Part shown: positions 35,583 to 49,143 of the stretch, piece by piece
Layout: each line of letters opens with the position of its first letter
How positions within the stretch are numbered: position 1 is the stretch's first letter
Source of the DNA: Eledone cirrhosa
Taxonomy: Eukaryota
Assembly (NCBI GenBank): GCA_964016885.1
Contig: OZ024740.1
Span: 303,986,001 to 304,050,000, forward strand
Length of the DNA: 64,000 nucleotides
Direction: 5' to 3'
Position numbers and translations under genes: made by a program
The notes under the pieces: model-generated
Told to the model about the DNA's origin: nothing
Database searches by the model: none
What the model saw: the letters and a program-made list of their open reading frames with translations, nothing else

Positions 35583-35966
35583 TCATCATCATCATTTTAT
35601 GTCAGTTCTTCTATGCTAGCATGGGTTGTCCTGTTGTGGGCAGTGTCCGGTCGGCTGACCTTGTCTTGCTTATACGGGAACTGATTCTGTCTTGATTTCT
35701 ACAGCTGGATGCCCTTCCTAACACCACTCTCATTTACAGTGAGTGCTGGGTATTTTTTTTTTTTTTGCCATGGCACCTCCACGACCACTTTGCAGTGGAA
35801 TGATAGGGACCCCAGTCCTATCATCTCATTTCTACAGCTGAGTAAACTGGAGCAATGTGAAATAAAGTGTCTTGCTCAAGGAAACAACACATCACCCGGT
35901 CCGAGAATTAAACTCACAACCTTTCAATTGCAAGCCCAATGCTCTAACCACTGAGCCATGTGCCTT
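35583..35966 (-). mobile_element. Full-length tRNA-SINE carrying the RTE family-A tail
   Basis: Head GGCACATGGCTCAGTGGTTAGAGC. Tail matches the 31508-31640 3'UTR. Confidence 0.88.
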
Positions 35967-35974
35967 CTATTGTT

Positions 35975-36935
35975 GGCAATGTTAGGTCAGGTGACCATGT
36001 CTTGCTCATAAAGAACTGATTTTGGCTTGGTTTCTACAGCTGGATGCCCTTCCTAATGCCAAGCTCATTTACAGTGAGTACTGGGTGTTTTTTGTTGTGA
36101 TTCCTCCACAACTACTTTACAGTGTGGACTGGGTGTTTTTTACCGTGTCACCATCATGACCACTTTACTGTGTTTCGTTCTAATGAAAGATATATTGGCG
36201 GGTGGGATGGAGTGGTGCATACTGTATGTATGTTTCAGCCTTGGTCTGGGCCCGTGGGAAGTTGGGGTTTCTGTATTACCTCATAATCTTGGTCCTGTGT
36301 CATTGCCTTTCAGAGGTGCAATTGGGCAAGGTCGGCTTTTATCACTTCAGCTCAAGTCTTTCTGGGACTTTATGTAGCTGTCATCCTTCATACGAATCAC
36401 ATGTCCATACCAACATAATCTCCTCTCCTGCACACAACATTTGATTCCTCTTATGCCTAGTTTCTCTTTCAGTTTGTTTATGCTTTACTGTTCACGTATA
36501 TTACTATTACACATCCATCGGAGCATACAAGCTTCATTCCTTTCTAATCTACGCAAGTCTTCTACACACAGCGCCCAGCTCTCACTACCATGCAACATTG
36601 CCGTTCATATGCACACATCATACAGTCTACCTTTTATTCTGAGGGAAAAGCCTTTTGTATCCAGCTGTGGCAGTAGCTCCCTCAACTTCTTCCATCCCGT
36701 TCTTTCAGAACACCCCCCTCCGCTGCTAATTCGGTATTGTTTTTACCAAGTCCTCCCAGACTTTGATGTCACTTGTTTTCAGTGATTGTTTGTTGCTTAC
36801 TGTCCTGGTGCAACTGCTACATGTAAAGCCTACATTCTTAACTAAACTTCCTGAGATCCCACTACATCTCTTGTGTACCCATAGTTTGCATATGGGGCAG
36901 AGGATGGAGTTTCTACCTACACCTCTCCTACATAA
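35975..36935 (-). mobile_element. Older, internally deleted RTE LINE 3' fragment
   Basis: CRRGVGRNSILCPICKLWVHKRC and downstream motifs with indels. Confidence 0.85.
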
Positions 36936-36983
36936 TGAGCACACACACACATATATATATATAAAAACACTCACATATATATA

Positions 36984-37980
36984 CTAGCCGAATTACCAGC
37001 GCCTTGCTGCATTTCACACATTTTTTTTGTAAGAAAATGATGATTGATTTTAAATCAGTGATATAATTTATGGAGAAAAACTCAATATTACTCAATGTAA
37101 AATATAATGCATGAAAAATTGGAAAACATAATTTTTTGTAATATATCAAATCAAAATTGCATTATTAAATCTTATTCTTATTTTGTTTCTTGTAAATAAT
37201 TTTTTTCAAAATATCAATTGAAAACTTTTGTGAATAGGCATCATATCTTGTCATTTACCTATGGTTTAAGTTTCATATAAATCGAAAGGGAAAAATTTTC
37301 AGCGGGGGTTTGTACCCCCGGGGAACCCTAACATGGGGTTTAACCACCATTAAGGTGACTTATATTATTGAAATTTTGTGAATAGGCATCATATCTCTTC
37401 ATTTATCTATGGTTTAAATTGCATATAAATCGAACCGAAAAAATTTTCAGCGGGGATTTTGTGCCCCCTGGTGAACCCTAATAAGGGGTTTAACCCTCAT
37501 TAAGGTATTGTAATTTTATTGAAATTTGCTGAAATGATGTGAATAGGCATCATATCTTGTCGTTTACCTATGGTTTAAATTGCATATAAATCGAAGGGAA
37601 AACATTTTCAGCAGGGGTTTGTGCCACCGGTGAACCCTAATAGGGGGTTTAACCCCCATTAGGATATTTTAATTTTATTGAAATTTGCTGAAATTTTGTG
37701 AATAGGCATCATATCTTGTCATTTACCTATGGTTTAAATTTCATATAAATCAAAGGTAAAGTTTCAGCGGCAGTTTTGTGCCCCCGATGAACCCTTTGAT
37801 TAAAATGAAATATACTTATACAAGTACCCTGGGCAATGTAGTTTCAGAATATATATGGTTATAGGGGTCTATCTCCAAAACCATAGGAGGAGTTCATAAA
37901 ATCTTGTTCCATTTATTGGCCAAACTTTTCACTATAGGGCGTTTAACCCCCATTAGGGTGTCTTAATATTATTGAAATTT
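36984..37980 (-). mobile_element. Non-autonomous Helitron with internal 150-170 bp tandem repeats
   Basis: 3' end CAGCAAGGCGCTG hairpin followed by CTAG (36984-36987). Homologous to 47575-48525. Confidence 0.8.
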
Positions 37981-38070
37981 GCACACACACACATCACACA
38001 CAGACACACACGCATATATATATATATATATACATACACAAACACACACACATATATATATATTTTTTTA

Positions 38071-38257
38071 AATATAGATGAGATTCTACAGGACTAGAAC
38101 TGTTTCATTCTTTAGAAATCATCAGGATTCCTGATGATTTCTAAAGAATGAAACAGTTCTAGTCCTGTAGAATCTCATCTATATTAACACTTTTATACTC
38201 TGCAATGTATTGAGTACCTTACTTACTGTGGTTACCTCCGACTCAACCCGGAATAAC

Positions 38258-38260
<3 letters not shown>
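38071..38260 (+). mobile_element. Penelope-type pLTR fragment with a perfect 57-bp-arm palindrome containing a hammerhead
   Basis: 38071-38185 is self-complementary around position 38128. GATTC-CTGATGA-TTTCTAAAGAAT-GAAA-CAG ttctagtc CTG-TA^GAATC. Confidence 0.85.
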
Positions 38261-38289
<29 letters not shown>

Positions 38290-38292
38290 GTA

Positions 38293-39123
38293 CAATAACT
38301 AGGGTAAGAACGGGATGGAAGAAGTTTAGGGAACTACTACCACTGCTAGCTGCAAAAGGCTTCTCCCACAGAATGAAAGGCAGACTGTATGATGCGTGTA
38401 TCCGAACAGCGATGTTGCATGGTAGTGAGACCTGGGCGCTGAAGGTGGAAGACTTACGTAGATTAGAGAGAAACGAAGCCTGCATGCTCCGATGGATGTG
38501 TAATAGTAATATACGCGAACCGCAAAGCATAAATGAATTGAGAGAGAGACTGAGCATAAGAGGAATCAAATGCTGTGTGCAGGAGAGGCGGTTGCGCTGG
38601 TATGGACATGTGATGCGTATGAAGGATGACAGCTGCATAAAAAGGTGCAGAGCACTAGAAGTCGATGGAAACCGCGGAGTGGGGAGACCCAATATGACCT
38701 GGGATGAGGTGATAAAAGCCGACCTTACCCAATTATACCTCTCAAAGGCAATGACACATGACCGTGACCTCTGGCGTCACGCAGTAATACAGAGTACCCG
38801 ACCTCCCATGGGTACAAGCTGAAGCATATAGACAATATGCCCCCCCCCCACTGCAAGGTGGTCGTGGAGGTGCCACGGCAAAAAAGCACCCAGCCCACAT
38901 TGTAAAGTGGACGTGTAGGCGCCAAGAAAAAGCACCCAGCACTCACTGTAAATGAGGTTGGTGTTAGGAAGGGCATCCAGCTGTAGAAATCAAGCCAAAT
39001 CAGTTCCTGTATGAGCAAGGCATGGTCAGCCGACCAGACACTGCCCACAACAGGACAACCCGTCTAACCCATGCTAGCGTGGAAGAACGGACGTAAAACG
39101 GTTATGATTATGATGATGATGAT
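38293..39123 (+). mobile_element. RTE family A 3' fragment, nearly identical to 31508-32340
   Basis: ORF 38373-38822, 3'UTR and (TGA)n tail. Confidence 0.95.
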
Positions 39124-39349
39124 ACACAAACACACACACACACACATACACAAACACACACACACACATATTTATATCTTTTAGCAGAGTATTTTAATAT
39201 TGCCACTCAATGAAAACCCTTTGTTTGTTTGGAATAAATGAATCTTGAAAATTAGGAGTGCCTGTCAATGTGTATGGGTTTGTCTACTTAGCATCAATTT
39301 ATTACCCTCCCCTACCACCAGAAAATACCACCATATTACATTGACAGTC

Positions 39350-39401
39350 GGCTTTTCTGATGATTTCCTCTGAATGAAACAGTTCTAGTCCTGTTGAAGC
39401 C
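39350..39401 (+). ncRNA. Type I hammerhead, diverged relative of the 38126-38175 motif
   Basis: GGCTTTT-CTGATGA-TTTCCTCTGAAT-GAAA-CAG ttctagtc CTG-TT^GAAGCC. Stem I differs in sequence but still pairs. Confidence 0.75.
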
Positions 39402-39419
39402 ATTTCTATATTAAATATA

Positions 39420-40020
39420 TATATATACTCTTTTAGCTGTTCCAGCCATCCAGCTGAGACCATGCTGGGGCACCACCCTTGTTGCTACACATTCTATCTC
39501 CAGCCTGTGTTGGCTGGCCATTGATGTAAGAGGGAGTTCGTTGCTGCTGCCCTTAGGTTACCTTCGTACCGTGATGTGGGCTCATCCAGGATCCTGGATA
39601 ACAGGGTGTCGAGAAGTTTCTTGAAAATATCCACGGCCACACCATGTAGATCTCTCAAATCCCTCGGCAGTTTGTTGAAGAGTTGAGGGCCTTTGAACCC
39701 CAGTTTATTGCAATATCTGCTTCTTGTTCTAGATGTGGAAGACGGGACCTTTGTCACCACACAGTGATGTCCTGTTCGGGGGTTGGTCCTGCTCTCAATA
39801 CCAAAGTTTGGCGCTAGTCCCTCCAGGATTTTCCATATGTATATCACTGCGTATCTCTCCCGTCTTTGTTCCAAGGAGTAGAGTTTCAGTTCTTTTAGCC
39901 TCTCCCAGTAGCTCATCTCCTTCATCGTGCAATCCTTTTGGTGTAGCTTCTTTGGATTGTCTCAAGTTCCGTGGTTAGTTTGATACTATGGGGTGACCAC
40001 AGCTGGGAGCAATAGTCCAG
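39420..40020 (-). mobile_element. CR1/L2-type LINE 3' fragment
   Basis: YWERLKELKLYSLEQRRERY...QLFNKLP...FKKLLD. Confidence 0.88.
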
Positions 40021-41009
40021 GCGGCTTAGGACAAATGGCCTTCATACTATCAACATGGTCTCCCGGTCTCTTATATAGAAAACCTCAAATAAAAAGTCAA
40101 GATTTGTTTCGATTTAACAGAGCAGAAAGAATTCGCGTCAGAATATTCCAACCAATCCAGCCTATATCAGCTGAATAAATATGTATATGGAGATATATAT
40201 ATACACACCCACATGCACATATATATATATATATACACACACACGCACACACACATATATACACACACACACAATACATACACGCATGCATGCATACATG
40301 ATGGCTGCCCCCTCGTTTTCGAGTATGGCCATTGCACAATATACCATTATTAATAATTATTAATTAATTCTATCGTGTAATGCCTGTGCATGAAGATATT
40401 TTTTTAAATGAGGAAAGACTGTGCACTGAGCCAATCCCACTCTCTGAGCGACAGTAGCTATAACCCGAAAAGAAGAAAATATCAACATCATCGGTAACTA
40501 TTGAGCCGCAGGTTTTATATCAGAGTTATCCCAGTTTCCTGAGTTGCTTTCTCCTAGAAGAATGCCCTGACAAAGGCTAGGGGTCCTTCACTCCCAGTGG
40601 TTTAACCGCGCGATTGGGTGTCCAGCTCTATTATTTCTATGTCCCCGCGCATGTACATACACATGCACCCATGTATATACACATATACATATACATATGT
40701 ACATGTGTATATACATATTTACACACTTTTGGATGGCCGTTGACTCTTATGAGATCTTCCGCCCTTTGTCAGGTTTTGTTTTTTGTCCTGCAGGGTGTCC
40801 AAAATCACCCTCCTCACCAAGTAAACTTGGTGGGGTTGCCGGTTTAGTCGCCGCCGACCCGACCATGCGACAGGTTGTACTGGGTTACATGTTACCAATA
40901 GCACTCAAGAGTGACTCAACATACATACATACATACATACTACATGATGGCTGCAAACTCGTGTTCAAGTATTGCCATCGCCCGATAAAATGTTCAAAAA
41001 TATGAAGCA

Positions 41010-43425
41010 CAAATGTGACTCTTTAAACCAGCCAAATACTTGCACCCTCTGGCACACATATGGCAACTTTAGGCTCCCCCAAAACCTTCCATTGCTTTGT
41101 TCTGGCTGTATGTTCACATGTATCTTTTAAGACCTCCCATGCTTGTACATTTCTTACACCTTTTCAGATCATAATCTACATGAGGTCTACTGATATGACT
41201 TTGTTCATGTCTAATCAAACCAGCTTTGCTCAGGCTGACTCGACCACAGTGCTGGCAAACCAGATGATGTTCAACAGCAGGCAGTTCAGAACAGTCTCAA
41301 TCCTCACCTTCCTTTTCAGTGTTAGGTGTTCTCTCCGACGAGTTTCAAAGTGTTCACCACCTGACTTAATCAAACGTCTCCGCTTCACACGTTCGTCAGC
41401 CATTTTCTCCCATTCGTCAGATGAAATTACAGCACAAGCCAAGGTGCCCCTGATACAGTCCCGGTACCGCCTTTTTGGTTTATGTGGTGGTCGCCTTCCT
41501 TCACACAGTTCTCCATAGAGAAGTTGCTTTGGAATACGATCATCAGACATCCGGAGCACGTGACTGCACCACTTCAACCGATACCGAAAGATTATGCTCT
41601 CTATAGTCACGCACCTGCTCCATTCTAGAACTTCAAAATCACTGGGGAATATTTTCCACCACACCCCAAGTAACTTATGAAGAGATTGTTGGTGAAATCT
41701 CTCCAGATCCTTGAGGTGCTTTCTGTATGTGACCCACGTTTCACAAACATAAAGTAAAGAGGAGACGACACAAGTCAGATACACTTTCACCTTGGTTTCG
41801 ATAGTGATACCTCGTCTGGACCATAAACATTGATGCAGCCGTCCAAAAGCATCACTGGCTTTCTTGATTCTTAAGGATATTTCATTATCATGTGTGCATG
41901 AAGTGTTCAACGTACTACCAAGGTAAACAAACTTGTCAGCAACATTTAGCCTCTTTCCGTACACGTACGCACTTGGTGCAGTGTACTCGTTTCCAGGTAT
42001 TGGCTAAAACATCACAACAGTCTTTTCCAAGCTTATTGTGACGCCCAAAGTGCTGCAAGCTGCAGAAAAAGAGTTCATAATATGCTGCCTGTCACTTTGT
42101 GAGTGTGCAAAAAGATCGCAGTCGTCTGCATACAAAAACTCTCGGATTATAGATGTTAATACCTTTGTGCTTGTACCAAAGCGCCTGGTGTTGAACAACC
42201 TTCCTGAAGTGCGATACCTGATGTAAACCCCATGAGAACAATATTTGAATGCAATGAGAAACACTATCGTAAAATATAAGGAAAACAGAGTTGGAGCCGG
42301 AATGTCCCCCTGCTTCACTCCATTTTCAACTGATATTGGTTCAGAGATGCTACCACCAATACTGATCAAAGCCTTCATGTCATCATGGAAAAGATGCAGA
42401 ATCTTCTACCCTACCTTGGATTTTTTTCCCACAACGCAGTTCGATTGACAGTGTCAAAGGCCTTTGTCAAGTCAACAAAGACCTGGTAAAGGTCCATACA
42501 TTGTTCGATACACTTTTCTTGCAGCTGCCGAGCAGAAACGATCATATCCACTGTTCCTCTTTCGTTTCTGAACTCACACTGCGACTCAGGCAACACATTC
42601 AGAGCAACTCTTGGGATCAATCTATCCATCAATATTCGACACGACTTTACCAACTACTGAAAGAAGGGATATGACATGATAATTGCCACATTTGTCCTTG
42701 CCGTCCTTTCCTTTATGGAGAATCACCATGAGCGCATCCTTCTTGTGGGACATTCTCATCTTCCCACACCATTTTCATGAGGTCAGTCAGGCGCTGCGTG
42801 AAGTTTTCACCACCACACTTCAAAACCGCTCCACTCAGACCATCCATACCAGGAGACTTACCACAGTTCAGCTTATGCACAACAGAAGTCCCCTCTGCAA
42901 GAGAAGATACATTAGCCATCTCATATGCTTCACTGGTTCAATAGGAATGGAACAAATGAAATCATCATCAACCTGGAATGGCTGGTTTAAGAGCTCATCA
43001 GAGTGATCTCTCTATCTGTTGAGTGTCTTTTGGGTCGCGCAGTAATTGCTTGCCATCTTTCGATCTCAAAGGGCCACTGGAGAGCTGAAAGGGCCATACA
43101 CCTCTGTGAGTAGAAAGTGCAGCAGTTTCACATTGTTGCCGTCAGATGCCACTTGAACTTCATCTGCTTTGTTGCTCCACCAGGTATTTTGCATAGTCCT
43201 GAGTTTCACCTGCACTTCCTTCTTTACCTGTCTGTAACGCTCATAATTGTCACCAACAGAGCTACCACCTTTAAGAACTGCATCAAGTGCCTTTTGTTTT
43301 CTGTCTAGCAGAGCCTTGACCTCCTGGTCATTCTCATCAAACCACTCCTTGTTTTCTTGTAACAAAGCCAAGGACCTCTGCAGAAGCCTCATAGACCGAG
43401 CTCCTGAAGTCCTTCCAGTTGTTCT
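41010..43425 (-). mobile_element. Decayed RTE (BovB-like) LINE, RT region with frameshifts
   Basis: FVDLTKAFDTV, GVKQG, YRTSGRLFN, YADDC, FVYLGS and DRIPKQLLYGEL across ORFs 41230-43560. Confidence 0.92.
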
Positions 43426-44204
43426 CATACACGCATACATACTTACATATATACATGTATACATACATGCATACATCCATACATCCATCCATCCATACAT
43501 ACATGTATACACACATACATACATCCATCCATCCATACGTGTATACATACATACATACAATGGTTAAAGTGTTTGACTGAAGACCATAAGTTCATGGGTT
43601 CATATTTGGGACCGGGTAGTTATTGAATCAACCTGATATCAATGTTTTTTATACAGCACACTTCCTCTTTGGTATAATATGACACATAGTAATATCTAAC
43701 ATAGTACCCATCTAATCTGTTATAATATGATTTACCTTTCCTCTGTGAAGGCACATGCCTTAGGGGTTACGGTACTAGACTAACCATTATAAAGTCATGG
43801 GCTCGTTTCTTCGATCCTGCAGCATGTTGCGTCCTTCAGTAAAATACTTTAGTTCGTGTAGCATCTTCTACCAGGACTTGCGGCAGACAGATAATATCAG
43901 TAATGGAAAAAACCTTGTTTCATTAGTATGACCTGGAAATCAGTTCCACTCTATTTATCTTCTTTATTAAAGGCAATCAAATTATTTTTTTATTTTATTC
44001 TTTTTCTTATTTTTCCATGTTTGTTAAATAAATTCCAAAAAATCGAACTAAATTGAAATTTTGTAATAAAATTTCCATAAAAGTTAATGTTTACAATACA
44101 ATAAAATGTAATAAAATGTATTGAAGTGGACGAAATGTGGACCTTCATTTTTGAAAGATGGATAATGTTATAAGCAGACCTTACAATATTGTACCACAAT
44201 TTTC

Positions 44205-44421
44205 CTTTGTGCAAAAGTGGGCAGCCGAATTTAGGGAAGGATAGGGGATTCTTGAAGATGACCCAATGTCTGGACGTCCTACAACTGCCACTACCGAGGA
44301 AAACATTGATCTCAGTACTGCAACACCGATGGAAGAAGTGTGTGGAACGCAAGGGAGACTATGTTGAAAAATAAACCTCATTTGGTCACATTCCATGAGA
44401 GTATCTTTGTCAACCCTCGTA
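44205..44421 (+). mobile_element. Internally deleted mariner transposase remnant
   Basis: WAAEF...LEDDP.SGRPTTATTEENID is joined to LQHRWKKCVERKGDYVEK*. Ends CCCTCG-TA. Confidence 0.85.
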
Positions 44422-44893
44422 TCTATGCGTAATATACGTAAAGATACAGAATTGCGGGCACTACAACGTTATAAGCTGTCATATTTGTTGGTGAAAAAAA
44501 TTTGATTATAAAACTTAAATTTATGAATGACTTGTTTTCTACATTGATAACCATGACTTGTTTTCTAATTAACTTAAATTTGTTTTCTAATTTGGCCCGC
44601 TTAAGGGCCACCTATATTTTCATTTAAGTAACTCCACTTACATCGATATGCTTTATAACCATGACTTGTTTATTATTTGTTTTCTAATTTGGCCCTTTTA
44701 AGTCTTCCCTCTCTCTCTCTTTCCTATCTCTCCTCTTCCCTCTCTCTCTCAAAAAAACGCGTGAAAACTCCACTTATGCGTGGTAGTAATACGGAAATAA
44801 ACGATATTGACGAGTGACGTCACCTTCGGCTGTTTTCCACTGGACTGACAGCTAATAGCGTTGTAGTGCCAAAGTTTGTTTGGTGCAAGTAGC
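44422..44893. mobile_element. Unclassified non-autonomous element with subterminal inverted repeats
   Basis: GGCACTACAACGTTATAAGCTGTCA (about 44456-44481) versus TGACAGCTAATAGCGTTGTAGTGCC (about 44846-44870). Partial copy at 16420-16665. Confidence 0.65.
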
Positions 44894-46745
44894 ATGGCAG
44901 TGTCATTATGAAAGACTCCTGAATGAGAATGCATGGGAAGAAAAAAGTTTGCCCCAAGTAAACCCAACAGAGAGACCAGTGGTACAAGTCAGCGGTAATA
45001 TAGTAAGCAACTAAAGATATGAAGACAGGTAAAGTAGCTGGACCTTCTGGGATAGTTGCTGAGATGCTGAAAGCATATGGGATAATGGGTCACGCCTTAA
45101 CCTTTTAGCATTGAAACTGGCCATATTCGGCCAGAATTTCTCACCTCTTTCTGTTCAAACCGGTTGTAACCGGCCACTTATACCGATGTTAAGGTATTGT
45201 TCTCAAAATAAATAATATCAAAATCTCGTAGATTCGATATTACGTGAAATAATTTTGTGAGATAAAGCTTTTACTGTAAAAATACAAAAGTATATAGATA
45301 GTAATATGAATTCTAAAGGGTTAACCACACATTGTAAACCAAATAATACAGGACTGTGTCATACCCAATGACTGGCATAGCAGCATCATTGTGAACTGCT
45401 ACAAGCGCAAAGCAGGTGCCCTTGACAGGAAACTATAGAGGCATCAAGTTGATTGATTAGGTTATGAAGGTCACAGAAAGAGATATAGCACAGCTGATCA
45501 GAGACAGAGTTAACTTATATGATATGCAGTCTGGATTTGTGCTAGCTAAAAGTACCACTGATGCTCTCTTCAGGAGCAACTGCAGAAGAAACACCTAGTT
45601 AAAAGTAAAGCTCTATATTTGACATTTGTGGACCTGGAGAAAGCTTTTGACAGAGTTCCCCATTCTATTATTTGGTGGACTCTAAGAAAACTTGGAGTAG
45701 ATGAGTGGCTTGTGAGGGCAGTATAAGCCATGTATAGAGGAACAGTCAGCAAGGTTAGAATTAACAATGACTATAGAGAAGAATTTAGTATGCAGGTAGG
45801 AGTACATCAAGGCTCTGTTCTTAGCCCTCTCCTCGTGCAGGCTATAATGGAAGGGTTTAAGACTGGCTGCCCAAGGGAGCTTCTGTATGCTGATGATCAT
45901 AGCTGAATCTATGACAGAATTAGAGAAACAATTCCAAACCTGGAAGTAAGGCCTACAATCTCCTCAGGGAAATGGCCTTGCTCAGTATGCAGGAAAAGAG
46001 CAGGTAGAAACTCCATTCTATGCCCCAAATGCAAAGTATAGGTGCACAAGCGATAGAGTGGGATAGGCTAGCAAAGAATGCAGGTATTGTATGTAGTTGC
46101 TGCACAAGTGCTGTAAGTAGCAACAGCCTACAGAATACTAACTCCTTTATGCTCAGAGGGCTAAGTAGAAGTAGTTGATAGTTTCTGTTACCTGGGTGAC
46201 CAAATTAGCAGTGGAGGTTCTGAAAGCACTATAGCTAGAGTGAGAATGGTATGGAGAAAGTTCAGGGAGCTACTACTGCTGCTAGCCACAAAAGGTTAGG
46301 CAGATTGTATGATGTATGTATATGAACAGCAATGTTGCATGGCAGTGTGGCCTGGGTGCTGTGTGCAGAGGACCTATGAAAACTGGAAAGAAATGAAGCT
46401 TCCATGCTTTGATGGATGTGTAATAGTAATATACATGAATGGCAAAGCATAAATGAATTGAGAGAGAAACTGGGTCTAAGAGTAGTCAGATGCCGTGTGC
46501 AGGAGAGGAGAATGCACTGCAATGGACATGTGATGCATATGAAGGATGACAGCTGTATAAAAAGGTGCAGAGGGTTCAAGGTTGATGGAAGCTACAGTGT
46601 AGGAAGACTTGAGATGAGATGATGAAAGCTGACCTTGCACAATTGCACCTCTTGAAGGTGATGACACAGGATCGAGATCACTGGTGTTATGAAATAATAC
46701 AGAAGATTTGCCTTCTCATATGCATGAGTTAAAGCATACAACTTG
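44894..46745 (+). mobile_element. Old RTE LINE with many stops, interrupted by a piggyBac MITE
   Basis: Colinear with 31812-33473 (GACCTGGAGAAAGCTTTTGACAGAGTT, TATGCTGATGA). Confidence 0.9.
45101..45320. mobile_element. piggyBac-type MITE, opposite orientation to 10191-10371
   Basis: TTAA on both sides (45097-45100, 45321-45324) and CC.TTTAG...CTAAAGGG termini. Confidence 0.88.
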
Positions 46746-47574
46746 TATACACTATTTCCACTTCCTCTTTCTATACACCCCCATGCCTTAACAATCATCA
46801 TGACCAGCACAAAAAGGAAACAACCTAATTATAGTTTGACTCAGTGTTAGAGTTATAGTATCAGTTAGAGTTAGATCTGGAGAGGAGAAGGGCTCAGGTA
46901 GGTTTTAAGAAATGTTACTTTGGCTATACAAATTCTATATTTACATACATTGTTAGTAAGAGCTTGAGTTACAGTGCAATTTATAGTGTGAGTTAGCACT
47001 ATAGTTGAAGATGAAGTTTGAGCTGTGATTCGAATTTGAATTTGAATTTGATTTAATGTTAGAACAAGAGTCAATCGTAGGAACCAAGCCAAAACCAGTC
47101 CTGTATGAGCAAGTCATGGTCATCAGACCTGATTTGTCTCACACTGGGGCAACTCATCTAGCCCACGCTATCATGGAACAGGGATGTTAAATGATGACAA
47201 TGATGATGATAAATCCAAACCTTCCTGTTACTGTGTTTTAGTAAACCATGATATTAAAATCATATAAAACTTCCTCGGAAGTAAGGGGTGTCCCTTAATC
47301 AGATCCACACAACACATGCCAGGACAGCACATCATCTCCATCAATGGAAAATGAAAGACAGCCCAACATGTGACTGTCTTTCATTTCATCCCCTGACCGC
47401 TTATTCCATCTCCTCTCTATTATTTGGGACCCGAGAATACACATTCCTATGCATCCATAAATATACATATACTCAAAACATATACACATACATATACTCA
47501 ATAAACATATATACGTCTAAACCCATGCTAGCGTGGAAGATAGATGTTAAATGATTGCGATGATGATGATGATA

Positions 47575-48525
47575 TCTATATATATAAAGTTGTAGTTCCT
47601 GTCTGTCTGTTTGTTTGTTCACAAACTCCTCCTATGGTTTTGGAGATAGACCCCCCATAACCATATATATTCTGAAACTACATTACCCAGGGTACTTGGA
47701 TAAGTATATTTCATTTTAATCAAAGGGTTCCCCGGGGGCACAAACCACTGCTGAAAATTTTTTCTTTTCGATTTATATGAAATTTAAACCATAGGTAAAT
47801 GACAAGATATGATGCCTATTCACAAAATTTCAGCAAATTTCAAGAATATTAAGACACCCTAATGGGGGTTAAACCCCCTATAGTGAAAATTTTGGCCAAT
47901 AAATGGGACAAGATGTGTTGTAACACATGAGAACTTGATTGAAGCAACAATTATATTCGGGGCTTACAGAGGTCAAGCTCTTCTCATTCCAAGGATTCCA
48001 CTTATACCAAGTGATAGCGAGTTGCCTTTTACATTTAAGAGGCTGCAGTTCCCAGTGAGGTCATGCTTTGCTATAAGCATCAATAAGAGTTAAGGTCAAA
48101 CTTTCAAAACTATTGGTATAGATCTGACAAACCCATGTTTCAGTCATGGCATGTTTTATGTGGCTGTTTCAAGGACTGGAACTTCAAAAAATCTCTACAT
48201 TTTAACCAATCAAAGAAAGATAAGAAATGTTGTTTATCCTGAAGTTCTTCATTAGGACAAAGTATGAAATATATTTCCATGTATTTATTATGTTAAAAAA
48301 AAAATATTAAACTTTGAATTTCTAATTTGAAAATAATGCTTTACACAAAAATGAAATGATTAAGTTTTGAATTGATATTTTGAAAAAAATTATTTACAAG
48401 AAACAAAATAAGAAAAAGATTTAATAATGTAATTTTTTACAAAAAATAATGTTTTCCAATTTTTCATGCATTACATTTTACATTGAGTAATATTGAAATG
48501 CAGAGTTTTTCTCCATAAATTATCA
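47575..48525 (+). mobile_element. Internally deleted Helitron retaining the RepHel (PIF1-like) C-terminus at about 47932-48255
   Basis: 5' TCTATATATATAAA. IPRIPLIPSD..LPFTFKRLQFPVR.CFAISINKS*GQT...CFSHGMFYVAVSR...NVVYPEVL*. Confidence 0.92.
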
Positions 48526-48544
48526 CATGCTAATCTGATCTGAT

Positions 48545-49143
48545 CCGATTAGGATGGGAGGGGGGTGTTCCGAGGCTATAGTATCTAGAATAAGGACGGG
48601 TTGGAAGAAGTTTAGGGAGCTGCTTCCTCTGCTGACAAAGAAGGGTTTCTCCCTGTGTACGAAAGGCCGGTTATATGATGCCTGTGTGAGGAGCGCGATG
48701 CTGCATGGTAGTGAGACATGGGCAGCAACTGCAGAGGATATGTGATGGCTGGAGAGAAATGAGGTAAGCATGCTCCGTTGGATGTGCAATGTCAATGTGC
48801 GTGAATGACCCAGCATGAATGTGTTCAGAGAGAAACTGTGTCTGAGAGGGATAGAATGTAGTGTGCGAGAGAGGAGACTCAGGTGGTATGGACATGTGAT
48901 GTGCATGGAGGATGACCGATGGGTAAAGAAGTGCCAGGAAATGCCAGTTGAAGGAAGACGTGATAGAGGTAGACCACGAAAAACATGGGGGAGGTGGTGA
49001 GAACAGACCTCAGATCGCTGAAGCTCACAGTGGAGATGACGAAGGACTGTGACAAGTGTAGAGATGCTGTGCTGAATAAGACTCGTCCCACCCTTGCAAG
49101 CAGGGAAAAGCGGACGTAAAATGATGATGATGATGATGATGAT
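48545..49143 (+). mobile_element. RTE family B 3' fragment (short 3'UTR)
   Basis: GWKKFRELLPLL...RLRWYGHVM. Ends CGTCCCACCCTTGCAAGCAGGGAAAAGCGGACGTAAAA(TGA)n. Confidence 0.92.

Noticed and set aside
40725-40920. GC-rich segment resembling an RTE 5' leader with a possible HDV-like ribozyme
   Set aside because: Could not build a consistent P1/P1.1/P2/P3/P4 fold by eye.
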